A stretch of DNA of 64,000 nucleotides from Epithemia pelagica (Eukaryota > Protista > Bacillariophyta), in assembly GCA_946965045.2 (NCBI GenBank), contig OX337233.1, forward strand, positions 1,798,001 to 1,862,000, given 5' to 3'. Positions 54,546 through 64,000 of this stretch are shown here, piece by piece (the stretch's first letter is position 1; each line of letters begins with the position of its first letter). Below the pieces are notes generated by a model that worked only from the letters and a program-made list of their open reading frames with translations, did no database searches and was not told where the DNA came from. The translations under genes were made by a program, and so were the position numbers.

Positions 54546-57446
54546 GACTATGATGATCTGAGACATGCTGATTTGTGGCTCCCTTGGAGGACAAGTGTTC
54601 AGTGTTCAGTTCGGTGTCCGTGTTACAGCAAACAAAGGGGGTTGGGTTTTGGTGGGGAGTGTGGAATAAGAAGTGGACATTGTTGACACTGTATTGCATA
54701 TTGGAGTAGAATGGCGTAGATTGTAGGTGAATGGAATCAGAAAGGATCGGGGTGTTGGGTGGAATTGAGTTGTGACACGGGTAATTCATGAATTGAATTC
54801 GGAATTTGGCAAATTCAATTTTCTCTGAATTCGTGGTAGGGGAGTGTGAATTCAATTCATTACAGAATGGGCGACGAATTCATATGGGAATTCAATTCAT
54901 AGCTAGGTAATATATGAGTTTCGAATTGAAGTTAATTTGTGTGTGTCGATATACGAGTTTTGTTTCATAATTTAATTCGTGATAGTACAGTATATGAATT
55001 GTATTTCAAACTTAATTCGTCTTATGTCAAAATACGAATTAATATTCTTATTTCATTCAGATATATAAAGAAATGAGTTGGTTGAATTAAGTTAATTTCA
55101 GGAGATTTCGCCTGTGAATTATTTTCGGTAATTCAATTCAGATTTTAATATTTACAACTTCCAAACCGTGACGGCAATGATGGGATTCTTGGTGTAGTCG
55201 CTCAGCGAAAAATTAGTGATGAGCCAAAATCATCTGACCAATATAAAGTTGGAACAGTAGCTCGCATTGTAAAAATGCTGGTTTTACCTGATGGTAATAC
55301 GACAATTATCATTCAAGGTAAAAAACGATTCGAGGTAAGGGAGTTTCTTGAAGAAGATCCATATATCAAGGCTGAAGTAAATGTGTTAGGAGAGGAATTT
55401 CCAAATCCAAAAAACAAAGAGTTCAAAGCATTACACCAAGCTTTGAAGGATTCAGCGCATAAAATTGTAGCCTTAAATCCTGAGTTACCGCCAGAAGCAA
55501 AAGTAGCTATTGACAATATTGAAACGGCTAGTTTTTTGACTCACTTTTTGTGTTCGAATTTGAACGTAGATGTAAAGTCAAAGCAGCAATTGCTGGAGAC
55601 CAACCGTGGTCAGGAAAGAGCAACTCATTTATTGGAGCATTTGAACAAAGAGATTCAGATGCTAGAGATCAAGAATGAGATTCAATCTAAAGTGCATACG
55701 GATATTGATCAGCAGCAACGCGATTATTATTTGAGGCAACAGATGAAGATTCTGCAAGATGAGCTTGGAGAAGATACTCCCGAAAAGGACCTAGATCGAT
55801 TAAGAAAATTAGGTAATGAAAAGGACTGGCCTTTATACGCGGCCAAACATTTCGATAAAGAACTCCAGAAGTTGAGTCGAATGAATCCTGCTGCAGCAGA
55901 TTATCCGGTGACGTTGAATTATGTGGAGTTCTTGGTAAATCTTCCTTGGAACGAAACTACTGAGGATAATTTTGATTTAAAAAGAGCAAAACGCATTCTT
56001 AATCAAGAACATTATGGCCTTGAGAAGGTGAAAGAGCGTATTCTTGAGTATTTGGCCGTTCTTAAACTAAAGAACGAAATCAAAGGGAATAATGATGGAA
56101 CAATGCGTGGTCCTATTTTGTGTTTGTATGGTCCTCCTGGTGTTGGTAAAACATCCTTAGGAAAGTCAGTGGCAAGGGCGTTGAATCGTGAGTACGTCAG
56201 AATGTCTTTAGGTGGCATGCATGATGAAGCAGAAGTACGTGGCCATAGAAAAACCTATATCGGTGCAATGCCAGGTAAAGTTATTCATAACCTCAATAAA
56301 GCTGGAAGCTCAAATCCGCTATTTGTTCTTGACGAAATTGACAAAGTAGGACGTGATTTTAAGGGTGATCCGAGCTCAGCATTGTTAGAGGTCTTGGACC
56401 CTGAGCAAAACAGTAGTTTTGTTGATAACTACCTTGAAGTTGAATATGACTTGAGTAAAGTGCTCTTCATTGCAACTTCAAATGCGATGCATACCATTCA
56501 ACCAGCCTTGCGAGATAGAATGGAAATCATCGAGATCAGTGGTTATACACAAGAAGAAAAAGCTGAGATCGCTAAAAGACATTTGATCCCTCGTCAAAGA
56601 GAGGATCACGGATTGGAGGAAGATGACGTGATATTCACTAAGCCGGGAATTGTCAAAGTCGTTGAGGGTTATACAAGAGAATCTGGTGTACGTGGTTTGG
56701 ATCGGAAGATCGGTGCAATTATGCGCTTTGTAGCGAAGTCGATAGCACTTGAAGAAGAGTATACGAAGAAGATAGGACCAAAAGAGGTCGAAGAGATATT
56801 GGGTGCTCCTGTATTTGAAAAAGATGCTTACGAGAAAAATGAGGTGGCAGGTCTAGTAACTGGTCTTGCTTGGACTTCTGTTGGAGGAGAAATATTGAAT
56901 ATCGAAAGCATCTTGAGTAAAGGCCGTGGTAAATTGACTTTAAGCGGTCAGTTGGGTGATGTTATGAAAGAATCAGCCATCACAGCTCTAAGCAATTTGA
57001 AAGCCAATGCTGCTGCCTTTGGCATTGATCATCGTTTGTTTGATCAATATGATCTTCATATTCACGTGCCGGCTGGAGCTGTTCCTAAAGACGGTCCTTC
57101 GGCAGGCATTACGATGTATACTTCCATATTCTCTTTATTTACCCAACGAAAGGTAAAAGAGAAGTTGGCTATGACAGGTGAGGTAACGTTGACAGGTAAA
57201 GTCTTACCGGTTGGCGGAATTAAGGAAAAAATATTAGCTGCAAAACGTGCTGGTATCACCGAAATTATCTTGTCCAAGCGAAATAAAAAGGACATTGATG
57301 AAATCGAAGAACGATACATCAAAGGCTTAAAAATCAATTATGTGAAGCGCGTTGAGGAAGTAATCGATATTGCTGTTTTAAAAACAAAAGTGAGTAAACC
57401 TTTCCCATTGACAATTGATGAGAAGGAAAATTCAAAAAAGGCTTAA

Positions 57447-58468
57447 CGCCAATCGTAAAGAACGGGTTTTAAGCTTATCGGAGTATCAAATAGCTGTGTC
57501 CCATAAATTTTATGGGAGTCAACCAGATGCTCGAATTTGCTGTCTCCCATGCGAGCGCCTTAACAGAGGCTGTTTTAACCTTAAAACACAGGTCTCATCG
57601 AATTACAATGGCCCCCTCCGTCATACAAGTGGCACCTAGTCTGTGATGGTGGCACCTAGTCCATGATGGTGGCACCATGATGTGACCATGATGTAGCGAC
57701 CATGATGTAGTGATACGAGAAGTCAACAAAATAACTCTTCACATTTACAAATCTCTGTTTATTCCTATCTACTGTTGTTCTCACAATCCATGGATTTCTG
57801 TCGTGTTGTCCTCACCATTATCGTTGTTGTCTCGTGTTTTGTTCTCGTCTTCTTCCATATTGCTGTTGTCGGCAGTCCTTCTCCTCTTTCTTGTGTATAT
57901 CCGCCTCCTCATCATCAGCTTCCTCGGGTACTGTTGTACTGGCTTCAGGTGCAAGGTTGGTAGCACCTTGGACGGGTCACTTGGCATCTGGGATCGATAT
58001 CTTGGACGGGTTGCTCGGCATGTGGCTCGATGAGCCATCGCGACGAATCCAGTTGCGCCGACTCACGGTCGTCATTTTCCGCAGGGAAGGGTCGGAAGGA
58101 CATTTCCTTTGGTCAAGGCCTTCTTTGCCATATAGACTTGCAGAATGGAGAGTCCTGCAACAATCGGTGCAGATGTCACATATATAAAGGGTACTAAAGT
58201 TGGGGCTCAGCCGATGGAAGACGTAAATGAGTGAAAATGAGGAAAATCACCAATTTTTCAAGTTCAAATATCAAGCTCATGAGTGGATCTTTACTGTAGA
58301 CTATCATATATGAAGTTGTTCAGAATTCTAAGATCTATCGAACGATGAAGTCAGATTTGGATGAAAGTGAATTTTGATGAAGTTAATGGAAGTCAAAGTT
58401 AAGGGAGTAGCGCATAGCTGTCTCCCATACATGGGAGACAGCTATGCGCTACTCGATTACGATTGGCG
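57447..58468. mobile_element. piggyBac-like non-autonomous element (1022 bp) inserted at TTAA overlapping the lon stop codon
   Basis: TTAA at 57443-57446 and 58469-58472. Perfect 12-bp TIR CGCCAATCGTAA. Internal inverted repeats (GAGTA....ATAGCTGT.TCCCAT) are separated from the TIRs by 22 bp (left) and 2 bp (right). Removal leaves lon and porQ 42 nt apart. Confidence 0.75.
58405..58454. repeat. Perfect 24-bp-stem palindrome at the right end of the piggyBac-like element
   Basis: GAGTAGCGCATAGCTGTCTCCCAT-AC-ATGGGAGACAGCTATGCGCTACTC. Confidence 0.95.
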
Positions 58469-58514
58469 TTAATAAAAACAGGAAATCTACGTTCAGGATA
58501 GCAAACAACAATAT

Positions 58515-59570
58515 ATGCCCAAGTTAACTTTTTTGCTTTTACTCTTTGCTAGCCTTACGGTGTGTGCACAGGTAGGAGGATTGTACACCTATAACTTTTT
58601 GGATTTATCAGAAAATGCGCGTGTTGCTGCCCTGGGTGGTCAAAATGTAAGTTTGTCAGACGATGATCCCAATATGTTCAAGTATAATCCTGCCACCATC
58701 AACAATGATATGATGGGTGGCGCCTCGTTCAATGTTGCTCCTTTCGTCACAGGAATTTCTAAATTCAGTACCGTCTACGGTCACAAACTAAAGGGTAAAA
58801 TCAACTTAGTAGGGGCGGTAGAATCGATCAATTATGGTAGTTTTCTTCGAACAGATATTGCTGGTAATGAGCTAGGGGAGGTGTCTGCCAGCGAAACAGC
58901 TATTACAGTCGGAACGAGTCATCAAATTGATAATTATCGGATTGGCGTTAACCTGAAATTGGTATCGTCAAATGTGGCTGATTACTTTTCTTTTGCAACG
59001 CTGATGGATATTGGAGGCTTATATGTTCATCCAAGAAAAGATCTGAAAATCGGATTAGTGTTTAAGAACGTTGGAGCGGTCGTTAAGAAGTATCATTCCG
59101 ATGCCGATATGACGGTACCGTTTGATGTGCAATTTGGCTTAAGTTATAAGCTCGAGCACATGCCGCTACGCTTTAACATGTTAACGCATCATTTGCATGT
59201 ACTTGATGTACAATATTTAGATCCGACACGTACATTTACGTTTGATGATTTAGGTGAAGAGGTGCCTGGAGAAAAACAGCTTTCTGAAAAGATTGCAAGG
59301 CATTTTACCTTTGGAGGCGAATTTGTCTTCTCTAAGAACTTTTACCTGAGAGCAGGTTATAATCATTTGAGAAGAAGGGAATTGAAATTGGAAAATGCCG
59401 CAACGGCAGCCGGATTTTCTTTTGGAGGAATGATGAGAATGCGCGGGTTTGAATTCAACTACACTAGAGCGATTTATCACGTTTCTGGTGGAACCAATCT
59501 GATCACGATTTCAACGAATTTTGGATACATGTTTAAAAATGGCTTGAAGAGCACCGGAGAGACATTCTGA
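58515..59570 (+). CDS. porQ: Bacteroidota type IX secretion system protein PorQ-like outer-membrane barrel
   Basis: Signal ending VCA|Q, FLDLSENARVAALGG, NPAT, alternating beta-strand pattern, LRAGYNHLRRRELKL and GFSFG. Directly downstream of lon. The last ~10 codons may be read-through into host DNA. Confidence 0.75.
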   Translation: MPKLTFLLLLFASLTVCAQVGGLYTYNFLDLSENARVAALGGQNVSLSDDDPNMFKYNPATINNDMMGGASFNVAPFVTGISKFSTVYGHKLKGKINLVGAVESINYGSFLRTDIAGNELGEVSASETAITVGTSHQIDNYRIGVNLKLVSSNVADYFSFATLMDIGGLYVHPRKDLKIGLVFKNVGAVVKKYHSDADMTVPFDVQFGLSYKLEHMPLRFNMLTHHLHVLDVQYLDPTRTFTFDDLGEEVPGEKQLSEKIARHFTFGGEFVFSKNFYLRAGYNHLRRRELKLENAATAAGFSFGGMMRMRGFEFNYTRAIYHVSGGTNLITISTNFGYMFKNGLKSTGETF

Positions 59571-60844
59571 TTTGCCAGATAGTCGGTTGAAAGTAGCTAT
59601 AATACTGTGAAGGATTACGTAATGCTTTCTTTCTGACTAAAGATGTGTCTGAAGTGTATGTAATGATGCCCAGAGAACGCGATATCAAAACTGTACTAAT
59701 TGGACTGTACTAATACTTCCTTGCATTGAAAAACAGATCCCTCAAAGATGAAATCGATAAGACGTGCGAATACCTCATTGAAGAATAGATGCAACTATCC
59801 GTATTGTTTGATGAAACCAGGAGAGACAAAATGAGACCTTTCTTCGAGTAATCTCTTTTATTGTCAACGTTGCGTAATTCAAGTTGGCTCTTGGACTCTT
59901 TGCAGAGCCACTCTCAACATAAAAACCTTCGACATGCCAATGCCCACCAAGGACAGGAAAATGCAGAGCAGAAACCTTTCATGAATCAGAATGGTTATTG
60001 AATGAAGTAAATAAATTGTAAGACTTGAAGGACAGACAGAAAGATCATATAGTAACGGAAATGCTAAATGGAGATTCCGAATGAATGATCAGAAACAATT
60101 GGGGCAAGGTTGTGGAAATCACGATATCTTTCTGTGAATCAAAGAACAATCGTCATTTTTTACGGCCCTCAAGTCTATCATATGTCTCTATGACGCTTCG
60201 GAATCCTTTGGCAGGAACAGGACAGGGAGAAGAGTCCCATAACTTCTCAGATGAGAAATTCCTTGTGGAAATTAAGAACTACAGTCAAGCTGAGCTAAGA
60301 AGATATCAATGGAATGCATTGGAACATCTACACTTTGCCAACTAGGTCTGGAAATACGAGCGGGAGAAAGAAGAACAGCACCGAAGACTGTCTCCCATAT
60401 TCGAGGACTGTGAAGCCCTGCTATATTTAGAGAACATCTAGATGAACGAAGGGAGATCACGAGGATCGCCTCTCATAATCGTTACCATTGGCGCTGTGGT
60501 GCGCGGATTTTGTGTACCAGAATCAACAATATTTCTCTACGAAAAAGTGTCTCTCCTCAGATCGAGACAGAGTGCTTGGCAGGCCATTCATTCATATTTC
60601 TATTCCTATTATGATTTTGGTAGGGCTTTCTCAGAAAACTTTAAATAAGAATCAATGGTGCCATCTCATTAGATTCCACCTGCGCCGCGTCAACAATGTT
60701 AAAGAATGATTCAAATATAATCGCAACACGACTGTGAATGTTACGCAACTCTAAGGCGAGTTTAACTAATTTTGTCTCATACTCACCATACTCGCCATTT
60801 CCATGCAACTTTTTACAAACGCCTCAAACTGCACTGAGCTTCTC

Positions 60845-61841
60845 TTAAACAGTTATCGGAGCTCCAGGTTTATGCCCTGTGCTTGTGCAGCAAGCTCCAG
60901 GATGCGTTTCATAATTTCCAGTGTGACGGAGGATTTGTGCCGTTACACAGCATCCGCAAAAGAATGAGCAACAAAGATCCTCGCAACCACTGCAGTACTG
61001 TTCAGGAATTTGGTAACGTGCTCGGACTGTTTCACGGGTTCGACAGAGCGAATAGATTGCCCATATCGTGAAGAGAAAATTTCCAATGAATTTCAGGGAT
61101 GGCATGTAAGCGGGGGTCTCTTCCAACGGATAAGGCATTGATGCCAATTCGAGCGCAATAGAGTAGGTGTAGAAACTACCGACAAGCAAACAGATGGCCA
61201 GGAAAGCCTGTCGGGTCCTAGTAATGGGGCCGGGTTCTCCAAGCCATGTAAGGCTTAAACGGGTAATCGCCTGGCCGACTGCAATCTGAGTACAGCACAA
61301 TGCACACCAGAGAGAAGGATGGCAAAAGCCAGCATTGAAGAAATCACAGAGCCCATCCTTCCAGCGACCTGTTGGAACATCCAAACGCGGAGCTTTGTAA
61401 AATTGAGGCAAAGGTACCAAGAACATTTGGCCCTCTTCTACACCACCTTCGGGCTTTTGTTCAGAACGATTTCATCATGAGCCAGTGTTTCATCATGAGA
61501 CAGTATTCTTATAAAGAAAAGTTCACAAGAGTCTAGTCAACACGTACCACAGTTACAGTAATCATCTTTTCAGGAATACCGTTGACTTCAGCCTCAAAGG
61601 TATAACCAGCGGGAAGACTGGCAGGGGCAATCACATGAACCAACGTGGATAGTTCCCCATATTCCATGCTTACGCTTTGGTTCAAAGGAGTTTCCTTGTC
61701 CGTCATGGCTCTGAATACTTGTTCTTGGTCAGTCAATTCAACTTTTGAGAGGTCGACCGGCTTATCGTTGTCGATGCTTCTGGTCGAGTCGTCTGGTTGT
61801 TTACTGCATCCAGACATGCGAGAGAGAAAAGAGAAAACCAT
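60845..61841 (-). CDS. PLAC8-family Cys-rich membrane protein (intron 61454-61547; 5' end uncertain)
   Basis: VIAPASLPAGYTFEAEVNG...TV|PEGGVEEGQMFLVP joined by a 94-nt GT-AG intron. GRWKDGLCD, LWCALCC, RETVRARYQIP and EDLCCSFFCGCCVTAQ. Confidence 0.85.
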
Positions 61842-64000
61842 CTTGCAAGGTAAGTCCTTTTACCATGAATGTGGCCACCGTCCAGTCCAGAGTTGTCTTT
61901 GAACGCCGTAAAGGCAATACGAACGAACCCCATGCATCCCCGTGCCCGAAACATCTGGGACCAGTATGTGATCCAAATCGTGGCTGGCAGCGTGGTACAT
62001 ACGCGTAGACCCATATCTGTATTGACTATTAGAAAAGCCACAATACAGCTGCCAAAGTTCATATCGTTTGCAAGTATGAGGCTGGGCCTTCCCATAAAAA
62101 GCGGAGCAAAAGTTCCACCAGAGTAACCAAAAAGCACGGACAAAAAAATGCATGGAACCAGTGCAGCTTTCTGTCCCGATTACGGCCCTTTCGAACTATA
62201 ATTGCGGCCTCAATGGCCATTCCAAGTGCGAGGCTTTCATTCGCGTACGGAAAGTCTCCTATCAACAGTTTCTCTACGAAATCCATGATGTTGTACAGAC
62301 TATCCTCGATGTTGTAGCACAATTAGACGAGAAAAGAATGCTCCTCAAGAAGCTAAATGCACATTTGGAAGTGTTGGTACGATCTTCCTGTGGAAGGTAC
62401 GTCTGAATCCGCTGATGGTTTTGTTCCTCACTACTAGTACAAAAAAACGTTCGTACGTATCTAGGGTTGATCACTCGGTAAGTCTACGTCTTAGCATGTA
62501 TGCATTCAAAACGGTTCCCGAGTGATCGCCGAGAAAAGAGAACACAGAAAATATCCTTACTAGCTAGGCTTACGTTGCACTGGATAAGAATATTAAAAGA
62601 AAAGAGAGATTACTTTAGGCTGCTCTCTAGAGAGTTGCTGCCTTAGGGAATGTGGTCTAACGTATCACCTCTCACCCCATGAACTTTCATTTTTCCAGCA
62701 GAATGTTTCTTTTTCGTATACCTTGCGGGATTCTTACTCTGAAGACAATCTGTCACGACGAAGTCACATGCTTTCGATCGAACCATGTCTTCGACATTCT
62801 ACGCGCTCATACTTTACCGTTCGTAGTAGCCTCTAGACTTGCGGACGACTCTAGGTCACGGAAGGCATCTACTGGCAGGCCATACGGATATATGTAGCAA
62901 GCATTGCTCATGGAGATCATCGCCTGAGTAGTAATCTTTCATGGCCTTCGGTATGTTGTCGAAGTCATTCTTTCAGCCCCCCCCCCCCCCCCCCCCGTTC
63001 GCCCGCATCTAATGGCTGACAAAAGTTAGAGAATCCAACTTGAAAAAATCTCATCCGTACTGAAATTCAACCTCATGAAGACTAGGTGTCATGCTCATCC
63101 ATGCCAGTGATCGACTAGGAAGAAATCTGGCTTCTATCCACCATAGCCTCAGAAACAGAGGATACGAACGAAAATGCAAAAATGAAGCAAAACAATTTTC
63201 GAATGGAAAAAACCTTCGGAGATAATTAGAGCAGGCTTCCTTTGAAAAAATGTGTAATGGGTAGAGCTTCTGGAAGAGTCACCTTATGGACAGTTTTCTT
63301 TATCACCCAGTTTCGTGGCCTAATGCATCATCCAACTTCCCTACCGAGATCTGCCCTGTTTAGAACGGTAACAGATGTCCACGTCACCCAACGTCGTAAT
63401 TTCTGTCGAAACAACACGAAAACGGCCATTGCACAAAAATGGCGTTCAAAGTTAGCCTGTTTCAGTTTCATAGACCTGATGTGAGTCCATTCCTCGGTGA
63501 TATTGACATCTCATCTTGCTACAGTGAAAGTTACCGACATCATGATCCATTGTCACAACATGAGTCTGATGTCGTTTTATAATCCTCTTGCTGGCCATAA
63601 TGAAAACGACGAGAATGCTGCTGTTGATCCTGTTTATGGAACCCAGAATATTCAAGCTCAGGTTCTTTTGGATGCAACCGAAATGGCGATATGGCGATCA
63701 AGGGCTCAGCATCTCTACGCAGTTAGTCATGATGGATTAACTCAAGGCAAGGAAACTCAAAAAAGAAAGCGAAAACCAAAAAGGCAAATGCCGGTTGCTT
63801 GCGGCGCTTTGAATCCTTTTTTGTTGCAAGATCGATGGAATTCCTCAATGAAGCGCGATATAAACATCGAATCACTGGCCAGTCTCATATCGAGGAAAAC
63901 GCCTTGGTGAAACCAAAGGAATCACCCGGGAGACCCAATAAACAAACGGAGCTGTACTGGTTTCTCAATCTATGTTGTTCAATAATTGATGGAATACAGA

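Larger units (their letters stand above)
50553..55170 (+). mobile_element. hAT element 3 (4618 bp, non-autonomous internal-deletion derivative) with Nth-like cargo
   Basis: Perfect TSD ACGGCAAT at 50545-50552 and 55171-55178. 21-bp TIRs CAGGGTTTGGAAGTTGTAAAT / CACGGTTTGGAAGTTGTAAAT. GAATT/AATTC-rich subterminal arrays at ~50570-50880 and ~54760-55150. Confidence 0.95.
50319..57446 (+). pseudogene. lon: Bacteroidota ATP-dependent Lon protease, interrupted by hAT element 3
   Basis: ILPVKNTVLFPGVVLPITV...KNCYGN (to 50552) resumes in frame at 55179 (DGILGVVAQ...VGTVARIVKML). Walker A GPPGVGKTS, catalytic PKDGPSAG (Ser) and GGIKEK (Lys). No other lesion seen. Confidence 0.95.

Noticed and set aside
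57443-58472. 16-bp inverted repeat TTAACGCCAATCGTAA as a split rho-independent terminator of lon
   Set aside because: Reading it as TTAA TSD + 12-bp TIR explains the internal inverted repeats and leaves a normal 42-nt lon-porQ gap.
49447-59570. Bacterial genes as assembly contamination or chimera
   Set aside because: Three eukaryotic-type elements interrupt them with correct TSDs or junction duplications, and the frames rejoin. Still to be confirmed with reads.
59570-60800. cmk or other bacterial genes continuing after porQ
   Set aside because: No recognisable bacterial coding sequence in any frame; the transferred block appears to end near the porQ 3' end.
62059-63910. Short ORFs 62059-62322, 62152-62406 and 63497-63910
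   Set aside because: No recognisable motifs or consistent splice model; they cannot be supported as genes.

Overview
Eukaryotic nuclear DNA, most likely from a pennate diatom. The inference rests on short GT-AG introns of 74-94 nt, diatom-type gene families and a signal-peptide+F plastid-type presequence; the species cannot be named from the sequence. Ordinary host genes include PEX5, a TrhO-like rhodanese, a CFA-synthase-like methyltransferase, an FkbM methyltransferase, an AAA_28/CYTH protein, a COG3899-type ATPase, a 2OG-Fe(II) oxygenase and a PLAC8 protein. These are interleaved with many mobile elements. Two results stand out. (1) Three diverged hAT DNA transposons (3583-10200, 31613-~34800, 50553-55170) share CAGGGTT-type TIRs, and the two complete copies have perfect 8-bp TSDs. 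Each carries, convergent with the transposase, a second gene: an uncharacterised N-terminal domain fused to an endonuclease III (Nth/HhH-GPD)-like DNA glycosylase domain. This looks like a transposon lineage with a conserved glycosylase cargo. (2) About 4.7 kb of Bacteroidota-type DNA (PD40/OmpA-family gene, lon, porQ) is spread over ~39160-59570. It is cut by three independent host transposons: a 10.0-kb tyrosine-recombinase retrotransposon, one of the hAT-Nth elements and a 1.0-kb piggyBac-like element. Removing each insertion restores the bacterial frame or spacing, which argues for real chromosomal integration rather than contamination. Also found: a tRNA-derived SINE-like element with TSD, a Crinkler-type nuclease-kinase gene between direct repeats, a radical-SAM homolog lacking its Cys triad, and two antisense ATGA-coupled ORFs inside the YR retroelement. 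All protein assignments come from motif recognition by eye; no database search was run.
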